A DNA stretch of 64,000 nt from Eledone cirrhosa (GCA_964016885.1 OZ024749.1:5022001-5086000), one strand, 5' to 3'. Counted from the first letter of the stretch, positions 27,822-42,545 are shown. Translations and numbers: made by a program. The notes: generated by a model from the sequence alone, not told the origin.

Positions 27822-28469
27822 GATTATTATTATTATTATTATTATTATAATAATGATAATAATTATTATTATTAGTAGTAGTATTTTTATTTCCCAACTA
27901 GCGGACCATTGAGAGTGAGTTAAACAGTTTTTTCACTTTTTTATTGTGTTTTTGTTTTGATATGCGCTCTATTTTCCTGCTATTAATTTTGTTTCTCACT
28001 CTTTTAAGTTGTGAAATAGACTGGTTCTCTACGCACGCGGCTGACACATTCCAGCTCGCTACTATATTGCTCGATAATGGGTAATCGCATCTAAAGTACG
28101 TTATAGGTTCTTGGAACTACCATTGTTACCATCGCTTTCCTCTAGCCACGGGGCTTGGAGGCATAAGCCGAATGCTACCATTCTATTATACATCGATGTG
28201 CGACTGCTATTTCTAATAGCCATCTTTTCACCTCTTATTAATTTGTGTGTGAGAGACGTTGGCTGAGAGCTTTTGACGGGTACGAAAGGATTAGTTTTCT
28301 CGTCTCGCGCCACCACGTAAAATGTGTAAATCGGTGGCTAGTCGAGAGATAGAGTCGTATTGGATGCCAGTTGCTTATCACTTTACCGCGTCAGTCGTCA
28401 TAAACAGTCATGACCGACATGGGCTGGTGTTTGGATTCTGTCGAGCGATTGGTTATTGATTAAGCCGTA

Positions 28470-28579
28470 CCAGCTGATGAAGCCCCATAAGCCGATTGTG
28501 CATTGTTGCATAATATATGCAGGCAGATGGTGCAGTGCACCTTACTGCTGCATCAGTGCGGCCGAAACTCGAGTCCGGG
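28470..28579 (+). ncRNA. Type I hammerhead ribozyme with ~83-nt helix II domain (GUC site)
   Basis: ccag-CTGATGA(28474)-agcc...ggcc-GAAAC-TCGA-GTC(28573-28575)-cggg. Palindromic loop III; one mismatch in helix I. Confidence 0.7.
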
Positions 28580-28724
28580 AACTATTATAGGCACCCGTTT
28601 TACGTGTGTTGTATTGAAGCAAATAACTGTGTGTATACTCTGGGAATATATCTTACATTTGCCCATGGAGTACGCTGAGATAGAACCGGTCTTGGCATTG
28701 ATAAATATGGTGGGTCCGTCAATT

Positions 28725-28787
<63 letters not shown>

Positions 28788-28788
<1 letters not shown>

Positions 28789-29672
28789 GAGATGTGTCAG
28801 AAAAGTTCCAGGACTGATGTCACAAAAGATTTATTTCAAACCCTAACTTCACACTAAGAGTTCTCTCCTTCAACCTAATCCCCCTGGGGTATGTAACTGT
28901 AATCTTAGCTCTCTGCAGCGACCAAACTTTTTTCTTCCTAATTTTATATACATGTCCTCTGTTTCAGGTCGTCAAGCAATGAGCACAGAGCAACGAACAA
29001 ACTTGAAGTTTCTGGTACGGTTGGAGAAAACTCCGTCAGAAGCACTGGGATTGCTGCAGCAAGTGTATGGAGATGAGATGATGCCACGCTCACGTGTTTT
29101 TGAGTGGTGCAAGATGATACCAGGAGCCGAAGGCCCTCAACAACCAGGACTGAGGTGAACGTTGAGCGCGTGAGGAGGATGATGCGTAGCGATCGTCGGC
29201 TGACTGTTCGACTGATGGCAAATGAGCTGGGCACAAATCGGGACAGCTTCTGGAAGATTCTCACTGAAGGTTTGGACATGCAGAAAGTCTGCGCGAAGAT
29301 GGTGCCAAAACTGCTGAACGATGACCAGAAGGGTCGACGCATGCAAGTATCCCAGGACATCCTCGAGCGTCTTGAAACCGAACCAGACTTGCTAAGGACA
29401 GTCATCACCGGTGATGAGTCATGGAACTTCGAGTACGACCCGGAGGGGAACCGTTTTGAAGAAGTGGACGATATCAAAAAGGCCGTGACGACGGAACTGC
29501 GGAGGATCCCGGAAGAATTATTCCAGGAGTGCATGCATGCAGGGCAGAAAAGGATGTAAAAGTGCATTAGACTCCAGGAGGATTACTTTGAATGATAGAA
29601 CTCTTAGTGAGAAGTTTGGGTTTGAAATAAATCTTTTGTGACATCAGTCCTGGAACTTTTCTGAAACACCTC

Positions 29673-29673
<1 letters not shown>
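28788..29673 (+). mobile_element. Mariner non-autonomous deletion derivative, copy 2
   Basis: TIRs cgagatgtgtcagaaaagttccaggactgatgt / acatcagtcctggaacttttctgaaacacctcg, TA flanks, same ITGDESW..YDPE|G..FE deletion junction. Confidence 0.93.
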
Positions 29674-29754
<81 letters not shown>

Positions 29755-29861
29755 TAGTATATCTACTAACATATGCGTACAGATGTACGCTAATGCCAGC
29801 AAATACACAGGTTATGTCATAGTACCTAGGTGGTTCAATGCAGGAGGATGCAGAACTATAA

Positions 29862-29990
29862 TATAAAAGATGTAAAATAAGAAAATTTAAAAAAATTAAA
29901 AAAATTAACTTACTTACTAAAATTTTCACTCCAAAAAATTTTAGTAAGTAAGTTAATTTTTTTAATTTTTTAAAATTTTCTTATTTTACG

Positions 29991-29998
<8 letters not shown>
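29862..29998. repeat. AT-rich near-perfect palindrome (~65-bp arms) ending in (TA)n
   Basis: ...aaattaacttacttactaaaattt / aaattttagtaagtaagttaattt... Confidence 0.85.
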
Positions 29999-30055
<57 letters not shown>

Positions 30056-31976
30056 TGTTCTTGGCCTGAATTTGTGCATTTAGCGTTAGTACGTTCATTC
30101 CAGACGTTAGATTTTTGAAATTCAAGAAATGATATTTCTCGTACCAATTATCTGTATTAAAATGGAAGTTTGAGATGTCATAATGCCATGGTCAACAATG
30201 ACAATAGACTAACCTTACGAAAGAGATACAGACAAAGGGGAGAGGAAGAGAGAGAGAGAGAACTTTAGAATAACATTTAGCGATTACTCAGATAAAATTA
30301 ATGGAAAATATTTCGAAGCAATTTCTGAAACTTTTGTCTTTATAAACTTTCGATTATAATTCGCGGGAAATAAAATAATACCTGTTTCTATTGTACAAAG
30401 ACTTACTGCTAAAGGGTTTATAATTATCTAAAGATCGTTGTTCAAAACTTTACATACGACACATTGGGAGATTATGCTCCAAATACCATTTTCGTAATGA
30501 AATGTTAAATCTTCTCACCAAATCCCCTTCCCTCGAATTCTGATTATTTAAAAAAAAAAGACTTTCATTAAACTATTGGAAAAAATGGTTCACATATTTA
30601 TATGAATCAGACAACTAAATACTATACTTTATTCATGGAATATATCATTTAAATAGAGTTTGATAGAAAAATAAAAAAAAATAAAATTTAGATTGGGAAG
30701 AAAGAATTGAATGTAAAATAGAACGATATAAAGAAAAAACGGAAAAGAAAAGAGGGAATTTCAAGGAATCTAGTGTCACAAAAGAAGGTTGAGGGTGAGG
30801 GTGATTGATCTCTGGGCCTAAGGTGCAGCGGTAAAAGGGCTGCACCACGTGGACAAGACCGCAAAAGCATTGCCGCGGAAAATGGCCAGCGATACCCGCT
30901 GTAACAGCTACTCCACCTCGCTGACGTTCAGATCTTGAGGAGGAGCTCAATTACGCCGACAAAATTTACCATAATTTATCATATTTTTATAAGGACTGAC
31001 ACCAAATTAGTAATCTGAAATGTATGAAATCGTATTAGGAAATCGCTCAAAATTGTAGTTAATTTTCTCGATAATTTAAGAATCAGAGCATTTTCTTTTT
31101 GCTTTTTTATGAATATGGTTGTGTAGGAGTTAAAATGTGGTTCTGAAAACATATCTTTTTCGATGTTAGTATATCCTTATAGAGAACATTCAGAGAAGGT
31201 TTAAGAATGATCTAAAACGTTGACCACAACCAACACCAACAAAAACAACGTCAGCAACATGAACCACCATTACCAACAATAACAAACGTTCCATCACCAC
31301 CACCAACAACAACAAAAAAAAACAACCTTAACCACAAACAAAATAAAAAAAAGAATACATCGTCACCACCAAAAACAAAAACAGCATCACCACCCACAAC
31401 AACGAAAACAAGTGGAGTGACAACCCTACCACCACTACCACCACCACCACCACCACCACCACCATCACAAACACCGCCACCACCACTACCACCATAAACA
31501 ATAACAGAACCTCCGCTAACACAAATAATAACAATATAAAAAAGAAAGCTCCATTTTCAGTGAAAATCCAAAAGGAAGTAATATGTTATAGTGGTTCTCA
31601 ACCGAAATCCCTCAATGGGAATAAAACCTTTGGAAAAAGAAGAAACTGGATATTGGTAGCAGAGAATCACAAAAAAAAACAACAAAAAGAAGCAGAAACA
31701 AAAATAAAGACAATAAAAAAGAAAGGTGAAATGACTTTCTACAATGATAAATGATTTCCAAGTAAGGATTGTGAAGTTTTTAGAAATGAAGAAAAATAGG
31801 TTATATTCATGAGTAAAAGAAATTATTCATCTTCTCAGAACAAATGTTACATCAAATACAATCTTTAACTCAGTCCTCTTCAAATATTCTTCCCAAATTT
31901 GTATCTGCTCTTATCTCTTTCTCTCTCACTTTCTCTCATTCACTCTCCCCCACACACACGCTCTCTCTCTCTCTCA

Positions 31977-32056
<80 letters not shown>

Positions 32057-32099
32057 AATGAGCACACACGCTGACACTATTCCTCTCCATATTTCGCAT

Positions 32100-32147
<48 letters not shown>

Positions 32148-32409
32148 GCAAACACGCATGCCCCCTCTCTTTTTCTCACTCACAAACACGCACATTCTCC
32201 TTCTCCCTCACCATATTTTCCTCTCTCTATTTCTCTTTCTCTCTCTCACACACTCACCCAAACATACTGTCTATCTCTCACCACACCCCTCTCTCTCTCT
32301 TTCACACACACAAACACTCATTCTCTCTCCCTCTCCATATTTCGCTGTCTCACTCTACTTCACACACACCCACACTCATAATTTATCTCACATTCGGCTA
32401 TCTATTCAT

Positions 32410-32485
<76 letters not shown>

Positions 32486-32527
32486 CATTCAAATATTAAT
32501 AAAATAGATGTTCTTGTGATCAATAAA

Positions 32528-32593
32528 ATTTTATTATACATATTTCAGAGGTACGTGAATCAGGTTCAGCAATACGTCCTCATCAGATAAAAT
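32528..32593 (-). ncRNA. Minimal type I hammerhead (PLE pLTR type, AUA site)
   Basis: Minus strand: attttat-CTGATGA-ggacgt...acgtacctct-GAAAT-atgt-ATA-ataaaat. Confidence 0.65.
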
Positions 32594-32725
32594 AAAATTA
32601 TACATGACATACCCTGAGATGTTAGATGGCTAAGATTTAATGAAGGTCGTGGCCTACCTTGATTAAATCTCGAGTTTTAGGGGATTCAAACCCACACACA
32701 CACAGACAGACATCCTCAGTAGTTT

Positions 32726-32811
<86 letters not shown>

Positions 32812-32814
<3 letters not shown>

Positions 32815-32872
32815 CCATCTATATAAATCTATCTATTTATAGATGGATAAATAGATAGATTTATATAGATTG

Positions 32873-32931
<59 letters not shown>

Positions 32932-32988
32932 CCATCTATATAAATCTATCTATTTATAGATGGATAAATAGATAGATTTCTATAGATG

Positions 32989-33028
<40 letters not shown>

Positions 33029-33065
33029 CATCTATATAAATCTATCTATTTATCCATCTATATAG
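32812..33065. repeat. Repeated foldback units (cccatctatataaatctatctattta...) separated by (TA)n
   Basis: Same ~30-bp motif in alternating orientation at 32814-32874, 32931-32990 and 33027-33060. Confidence 0.8.
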
Positions 33066-33840
33066 ATCTATCTATCTTTCCATCGATGTAGATCTATCTA
33101 TATATATATATATATATATATATATAAGCAAAGGATATTTATAGATCTATCTATCCATCTATATAGCCCCATCTATATATATCCACAGTTATATTTATCT
33201 ATAACTACATTAATTTAATATCTTTATTTTAAACTGTTCATTATCAATTTTTCAATTACAACAGTACTACATAATTGTTTCTGTTTGTTTGATAACTTCT
33301 GTTGAGTGCTTCATTCGGTTTGTCTAAAGGAATTCATTCCTTTGTCTCAAATTGGAATTCATCGCCAAAAGCGGGGATTACCTCCCTTGGAGAAAAACCA
33401 CGTGTCTATAGCGAAATTTAATGCTAGAGCATACCCGCAGAGGCTAAAGAACACAAGACTTGCTAAAGAAGGAAATCCTTCGTTCTGTCTTCAAAAACTA
33501 TTACCGTGCAGACTCCTGCAAGCGGAATTTGTCGAACTTGGCTTTACAGAAACCTAGCGCTGATGTGGTGTGCTGTATGTGATGTATATCGTGTCCTATA
33601 CGATATGCATTATATATTTTGCGTTCAGTGTCGCCGTTTTCGAGGTCAGTCTAAAATCTTTTCCTGAGTCCTGTATTTTCGTTGCTCTAGTGATGCGGCT
33701 GGACTGCCGATCGCTATATTTGATTTGCTAAGCTGTCTAAAAGTATTGTTATTACATTGGGGTACATATCCCATCCGAGTGCTAAAGCTACAGACCGATT
33801 TTGCATTCGTTAACTACAGCTTCGTTAATACTGTACTAAA

Positions 33841-33934
<94 letters not shown>

Positions 33935-33935
33935 C

Positions 33936-33966
<31 letters not shown>

Positions 33967-33997
33967 GAAGTAGTTACACAACAGTTAGTTCAACATA

Positions 33998-34037
33998 CCG
34001 AGAACAAGTGTTTCACCTTAGCGGATCCTCAGCTCGG
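33998..34037 (-). ncRNA. Minimal type I hammerhead (GUU site)
   Basis: Minus strand: ccgag-CTGAGGA-tccgctaaggt-GAAAC-actt-GTT-ctcgg, with a perfect 5-bp helix I. Confidence 0.75.
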
Positions 34038-34391
34038 ATCTGCATGGTTATAGGAACAGGAAGGACAACCGTACGAACGCACATGCGCAGAAACTCGGTC
34101 ACTTCACACAGGCAATACTAGACTGCGTGCAAGAGGTGTAACGGGAGATAACCTCGAAAGTCCGGAAAGTTTTTAGGTTGAAAATAACATTAAAATAAGA
34201 TTAAAAATAAAATTACAAAGAATCAGTCCGGAGCCTTGTAGTTATGCAATAGATGTTTGGTGACATGTGGACAGCGTGTGAAAAATTCACTTCTCGTGTA
34301 TATATATATATATATATATATACAAATATATATATATATATATACATATATATATTTATATGTATATATATATATGTATATATGTATATAC

Positions 34392-34477
<86 letters not shown>

Positions 34478-34764
34478 GTATATGGTGGTGTGTGCGAAGA
34501 CGGTGGTACTGTTTTGCCTATGTTATAATATGTTTTATAATATGTTTGATATTTTCGATATTTTGGTGTTTCTCTACATTCGGGATTGTATATCATACAC
34601 ATAATACTATTGATTGCCTGCTTTAACTGCCTGATCCTACAAGTAACAATCTGCCGCACTCTAATCCTATATAAATAAGACACGCGTGCATGCTACACGT
34701 GAGATTGTTTCATACACTGAATACTCTAAACTTTTCTCTTTCTTTATCTTCATAAACTGCCAAT

Positions 34765-34970
34765 GTTTTATTTTTATTTTTATTTTTATTTTTATTTTTA
34801 TTTTTATTTTTTATTTTTATTTTTATTTTTATTTTTATTTTTATTTTTATTTTTATTTTTATTTTTATTTTTATTTTTATTTTTATTTTTATTTTTATTT
34901 TTATTTTTATTTTTATTTTTATTTTTATTTTTATTTTTATTTTTATTTTTATTTTTATTTTTATTTTTAT
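34765..34970. repeat. (TTTTTA)n microsatellite
   Basis: Direct reading. Confidence 0.95.
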
Positions 34971-35095
34971 CCTTTAACCTTTATATGTATATCATTATGA
35001 TGGACGTCATCCCACTGTGGGTCAATATATGCATATGTTTTTATATGTCTCTTGTGTTGAAAAGGAGGTCAAGTATGTTATAGATCACTAAATAG

Positions 35096-35144
35096 TTGCT
35101 CCGAAGAAACCAAACCTCGGTTTCGAGGAAACAATTGTAAGCAA
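35096..35144 (+). ncRNA. Hammerhead-like motif with CCGAAGA core (GUA site)
   Basis: ttgct-CCGAAGA-aacc..ggtt..-GAAAC-AATT-GTA-agcaa, followed by AATAAA and (TA)n. Confidence 0.6.
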
Positions 35145-35180
35145 ATAAATGATTTAAACTGAACTTTGCTTATTGTAATC

Positions 35181-36298
<1,118 letters not shown>

Positions 36299-36666
36299 CG
36301 TATGTGTGGGAATAGGGAACAGCTTATCTTTTATCACGTTATTCCCCTGAATGCACCAGCTTGTTAAGGTTTGAGGTTTTTTCCAGTTCTTTACGTTATG
36401 CTTCAAAAAATAGATTTCCTCAATCCAAAAGTCTATCAACCTTTCCAGACCTTCACAGTTCCAAGCTCAAATAATAGGTTAGAACTTAAATAAGAGTTAT
36501 ACTGTGTCTATTGTTGTTATTCATTCTTGGTACAATACATAAGTGTGTACACTTATGTAGGTGAGGAATTAAAAAAACTGTTGTTAACTTTCAACGTCAG
36601 TACCACATGAAATCATATTTGAGAGAGACACCAAAACTTTGGCAGATAACACACTTACAGCATTGC

Positions 36667-36711
<45 letters not shown>

Positions 36712-36714
36712 TTC

Positions 36715-37465
<751 letters not shown>

Positions 37466-37469
37466 ATAT

Positions 37470-37674
37470 GCAGTTGAGTAAAAAGTCCAATGTTTAAAAT
37501 TAGCTTCGTTTATTACTGCTATATATATTTCAGTGACAGCCATCTTTGGCTGTGACCTCTTCAGGCAGTCCCAATTAGTGTGGTATAGACAAGTACATAT
37601 GTTGTTGACGTGTATAATTTTGTCAATACTCTGATATGTCCAGATTCTGGTTGGGTTGTTATTATATATTATAT

Positions 37675-37705
<31 letters not shown>

Positions 37706-37927
37706 ATGCAGTTGAATAAAAAGTCCAATGTTTAAAATTAGCTTCGTTTATTACTGCTATATATATTTCAGTGACAGCCATCTTTGGCTGTGACCTCTTC
37801 AGGCAGTCCCAATTAGTGTGGTATAGACAAGTACATATGTTGTTGACGTGTATAATTTTGTCAATACTCTGATATGTCCAGATTCTGGTTGGGTTGTTAT
37901 TTCACTGAGGAACTGGAATCATATGAG
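37470..37927 (-). mobile_element. Two tandem PLE-type pLTR tips, each with a minimal hammerhead (37515-37569, 37753-37807)
   Basis: Minus: actgc-CTGAAGA-ggtcacagcc/aaagat/ggctgtcact-GAAAT-ATAT-ATA-gcagt-AATAAA. Same family at 52200-52700. Confidence 0.85.
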
Positions 37928-38685
37928 CTGTGAAAAACAATTACACGCAAAGACAGAACCACGTTTATGGTATAAAATAAGTCGTAGACTAATGTTCTCT
38001 TAGGTGGCTCATGGAGACGTTCTCTGGCAATGAACGGAAAAAACGGTGATAATACGTCATATGTGGAGCGTGAAGAACCATTGCACGCAAAGACAAAACC
38101 ACGTAAATGGTATAGCTGAAGTCGTAGACTAAAATTCTAACTAGGAAACCGAATGAATCTCCGCTACAGAGTTAAGAATAAAATAAATAAAATACAATAC
38201 AGAGGTAATAGATATTAAATAAATACATACACGCATGCAAAAACGTACATACACAAGCATACGCGAATACACTTGCAATAGGTATACAAAACCACGCACA
38301 TATAAATATGTGTGTGTGTGCGTGTATACAAATAAATAAATAATTAACTAGACGTATATAAATAAATACGTATATAACAAGCGCACACACATACCTACAT
38401 GTAAATACACAAATGTTCGGAGAACGTCAACCAAGACATGAAGTACACATATACACACACCCAACGTACGTACGAACCCGCATACTCACAGAGACGCAAA
38501 ACTCCCGTATACACATAACCAACCCATATGTACCAGAATATATAAAAATTATACGCCATAACGATTTTTTTTTAAATACCCACTTCTGCGTTTACAGATT
38601 GACTTTGTTAGTTTCAGAAGATCCCGTTAAGGGTGAAAGCAGCGATTCTTTGCTTAAACTTCTAATCTGTTATTTTAATAAATAT
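37928..38685 (-). mobile_element. Second copy of the 3643-4872 PLE 3' UTR with an inverted pLTR tip
   Basis: 37928-38562 matches ~3826-4468 in the same orientation. 38583-38683 is the reverse complement of 3643-3742. Confidence 0.85.
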
Positions 38686-39145
38686 TTGCTCTACGGTTCT
38701 TATATATTTTATATATATTTATCCTTATCGAGCCTTCTTTGGATTTTAGTCTTCACCACAGAACTTATGTTTACCGAATTCGCAGACCAGACCCCTTCTT
38801 CCTCCCGTTAGACCTGTGCGAAATTCCTTCCTTGCTCACATTTCAACCAGGTTTGATGGTCTTTATTCTCTCGTTCACGATTCCACCGAATTTATATTCA
38901 TAGAAATCTGGGACTTGTTTCTTTCTCCATCACTTTCTGTTGCTCAAACCATTTTGTTTGTTTACCCTCGCGTCGCCTTTATTTACGTGTCCCAACGACA
39001 TTATTTAGCCGTTGCTCGCACCAACCTGAGGTATATGGCCTTTAAAGCGATGAAATGCCTACGACGGTTGGAAGGCCACTGATGAAGGACAAACTTTTTC
39101 ATATGTAACCCATTTGCAACGCCGCAGCTCTATTATTATCATATT

Positions 39146-39200
<55 letters not shown>

Positions 39201-39558
39201 CGTTTCTGAATTTGTTTAGCAAGATTCTTTATCTGAAATCGTGTGTTGAAACCGATATTGTTATACTTTGGGAGGGTCATGTTGCCAATAAGAAACACAC
39301 GTGTGTTTCTTATTGGCAACATGACCCTCCCAAAGTATAACAATATATATATATATATATATATATATCGAGCGGTATATTATAACTGAACAAAGAAGAA
39401 GAACGAACACAGAAATTTACATATATGTGTTCAAACCGTAATGGATCAGAATCGCTAAGGTGAAATAAATACTAACTCAGACAATAGGGTTTACCAGACT
39501 CAATTTAAGAATAAATCAAGAAAAATAAATACAAACCATAATTGTGGTAACTACCGAA

Positions 39559-39641
39559 CACCCGGACAATTTTGATAAAAACTGTTTCACAATATTATTT
39601 GTGAAAGGGATTTACCAAAGTCCTAAGCTCATCAGCGGGTG
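39559..39641 (-). ncRNA. Inverted sister copy of the 40132-40213 hammerhead
   Basis: Minus: cacccg-CTGATGA-gc...gt-GAAA-cagtttt/tatc/aaaattg-TC-cgggtg. Confidence 0.8.
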
Positions 39642-40131
39642 AAGAAATTAGTAACCTTATCACTTCTAAATCTAATTAGAAACTGGGTAATGTGTGTATA
39701 TGTGACGCACATGGTTATTTTTCTTTATTTTTCTTGGTTTATTCTCAAATTGAGTCTGGTAAACCATATTGTCTGTAGTTAGTATTTTTTTCACCTTAGA
39801 GCTTTTGATCCATTACGATTTGAACGCATATATGTAAATGTCTGTGTTCGTTTTTCTTTTTCGTTCAGTTATAATTTACGGCTCGGAAAAGCTTTTTTTT
39901 AGAGCTAATTTACTGTAATGAGACTATTTTGAGTTTCTAACTCAATACATGCCTTGATATATTCGGCTCAGTTAATTCGTCGAGCTAATTCAAATGTCGA
40001 GTAAACTAGAGTGCTATTTTTAGTGGCGAGAGTATGCAACACACGCTAAGTTCGGGAACCATGTGCGTCACATATACACACATTATCCAGTTTCAAATTA
40101 GATTTAGAAGTGATAAGGTTACTAATTTCTT

Positions 40132-40213
40132 CACCCGCTGATGAGCTTAGGACTTTGGTAATCCTTTCCAAAAATAATATTGCGAAACAGTTTTTATCAA
40201 AACTGTCCGGGTG
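40132..40213 (+). ncRNA. Type I hammerhead with stable 7-bp helix III (GUC site)
   Basis: cacccg-CTGATGA-gc...gc-GAAA-cagtttt/tatc/aaaactg-TC-cgggtg. Confidence 0.88.
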
Positions 40214-40387
40214 TTCGGTAGTTACCACAATTATGGTTTGTATTTATTTTTCTTGATTTATTCTTAAATTGAGTCTGGTAAACCCTATTGTCTGTAGTTA
40301 GTATTTATTTCACCTTAGCGATTCTGGTCCATTACGATTTGAACACATATATGTAAATGTCTGAGTCCGTTTTTCTTTTCTGTTCAG

Positions 40388-40419
<32 letters not shown>

Positions 40420-40425
<6 letters not shown>

Positions 40426-40636
40426 TTGCAAGGCTTTTAATATGTAATCGTGTGTCGAAACAAATATTGTTATGTTTGGGGATGGTCATATTGTTATAAT
40501 ATTGCCAGAAATAACAACAGGACACACTCACTGTTTGGTTGGTTTTCACATCTGTATCTTTTATATCTCCATAGTTATTTCATCTAGCAATCAATGCTTA
40601 TCATTGATTAACCAACGGTTAAAAATACAGATATAA

Positions 40637-40687
<51 letters not shown>

Positions 40688-41273
40688 ATCAAATCTTTTT
40701 CGTCACACATCTGCGACATCACCAGTGGTGCTATTATGTTTCCTCCCGTTGTATTGTGATGTCTACACGATTTATATTTTATTTTATTTCATTTATTTAT
40801 TGATTCTTGTCTCTGTCTATGTTTGCGCATGTTTTTGCGTGTCTGTTTAATCTGTGTTGTGTGTGTTCGTGTTTGAGTGTATGTATTATTGTTTTTGTCT
40901 TTGCATTCTTTGTTCACTAGTGTGTGTTTATATGTGTTTGTTGTAATTGTACTTGTGTATATATTTATTTATTTATATTTCCTTTAGGCCAGTATTGTTT
41001 GTTTGGGTATGGTTGTTACTGTTATTCCATTCGTTCTTTCTGTTTAACTTTGGTTTTCTTAGTTCTATCTCAGTTGCTTCTCTAATTTAACTACCTGTTG
41101 AGTTATTACTATTCTTAGATATTATGTTAATTTCTATGTTGTTTATATCACCGTCATGTCTTTGTCTGGTGTGTTCATATAGTACTGAGCCGTTTTTTCG
41201 TCCTTTTAGATACCCCCAGTGTTGGTCTATTCTCTCTCCTGATGTCACCGATGTGTGACCAAAGAACTTTGAT

Positions 41274-41323
<50 letters not shown>

Positions 41324-41705
41324 CGTCTGCATTTTTAACCGTCGGTCAATCACTGATATACATTGATTGCCAGATAAATTAACTATGGAGATATAAAAGG
41401 TACAGAAGCGAAAACCAACCCAAACCAAACAATGATTGTGTTCTCTTATTATTTCTGGCAATAATATAACAATATATATATATTTGTTTTGCAAGGTTTT
41501 TGATATGAAATCGAGTGTTGAAACAAATATTGTTATATTTGGGGAGGGTCATTTTCCTATCATATTGCCAGATATAATAATAAAACACACTCACTATTTG
41601 GTTTGGATTGGTGTTCGTTTCTCTATCTTTTATATCTCCATAATTAATTTATCTGACAATCAATGTTTGTCATTGATTGACCAACAGTTAAGAATACAGA
41701 CATAA

Positions 41706-41754
<49 letters not shown>

Positions 41755-42040
41755 CATATATATTTATATATATATATTAGTCTATCAAAGTTCTTTCCTT
41801 CACACATCTGGGGCATCATCTTTTACACCCACCCTCTTCATCTGATTGCTAAATGCTGAGGCAGGGCGTATTACTGAATCAGCTTTTGCAATTCTTGCAC
41901 TTAATTCAGCCTGCTGCATTCCATCACTCATGTACACGACTCCAAGATGCTTGAATTTCTGTAACTGCTTCAGTAGAAATCCTGAAGGGCGGTTTTTCTG
42001 CTAGTATTATAACAATATGACCCTCCCCAAATATAACAAT
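40420..42040. repeat. Cluster of short dispersed repeats in direct and inverted orientation separated by (TA)n (probable PLE tips)
   Basis: gtgt(c/t)gaaac..atattgttat.tttggg.a.ggtcat family at ~39210-39345, 40420-40635, 41320-41710 and ~42000-42040; tagtctatcaaa family at 40682, 41279(-) and 41778. Confidence 0.7.
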
Positions 42041-42052
42041 ATATATACATAT

Positions 42053-42130
<78 letters not shown>

Positions 42131-42131
<1 letters not shown>

Positions 42132-42194
42132 CGTAAATACATATGTGTGTACAAACGTACAGTAGTATGTATATATATACATACAAGCACACAC

Positions 42195-42225
<31 letters not shown>

Positions 42226-42545
42226 CGTATGGGCTTACCGAATATTTATTATAATGTTCGGTTTGTTTCTAAACAAACAGCCCGAGTTAAGCCGTACAGT
42301 ATTTAGCAACCATCGTTGCCCTTTTGTTCAACACTGACACAGGAACGATGTACTAGTTTCAAGCTTATTAGCTATCGTCAGCATCGTATACCTTTCTGTC
42401 AGATGATTGAACGTGTGAAAGTATATACTTTCCTTATGCTGTTTGTTTACAAACAAACCGAACATTATAATAAATGTTCGGTAAACCCATACGTACATAT
42501 ATACATACTACTGTACGTCTTTACACATATATGTATGTACGTATA
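42131..42545. repeat. Inverted repeat pair (~110-150-bp arms)
   Basis: ttaccgaatatttattataatgttcggtttgtttctaaacaaacagc vs gctgtttgtttacaaacaaaccgaacattataataaatgttcggtaa. Confidence 0.85.

Larger units (their letters stand above)
39368..40395. mobile_element. Head-to-head inverted copies of a ~345-bp hammerhead-bearing element in (TA)n
   Basis: 39380-39715 is the reverse complement of 40057-40393. An extra partial inverted arm lies at 39713-39885. Hammerheads at 39559-39641 (-) and 40132-40213 (+). Confidence 0.85.

Noticed and set aside
40684-40730. Minus-strand CTGGTGA-gtcgca/tgtgac-GAAA motif
   Set aside because: Core mutated and helix I weak; the three local copies disagree.
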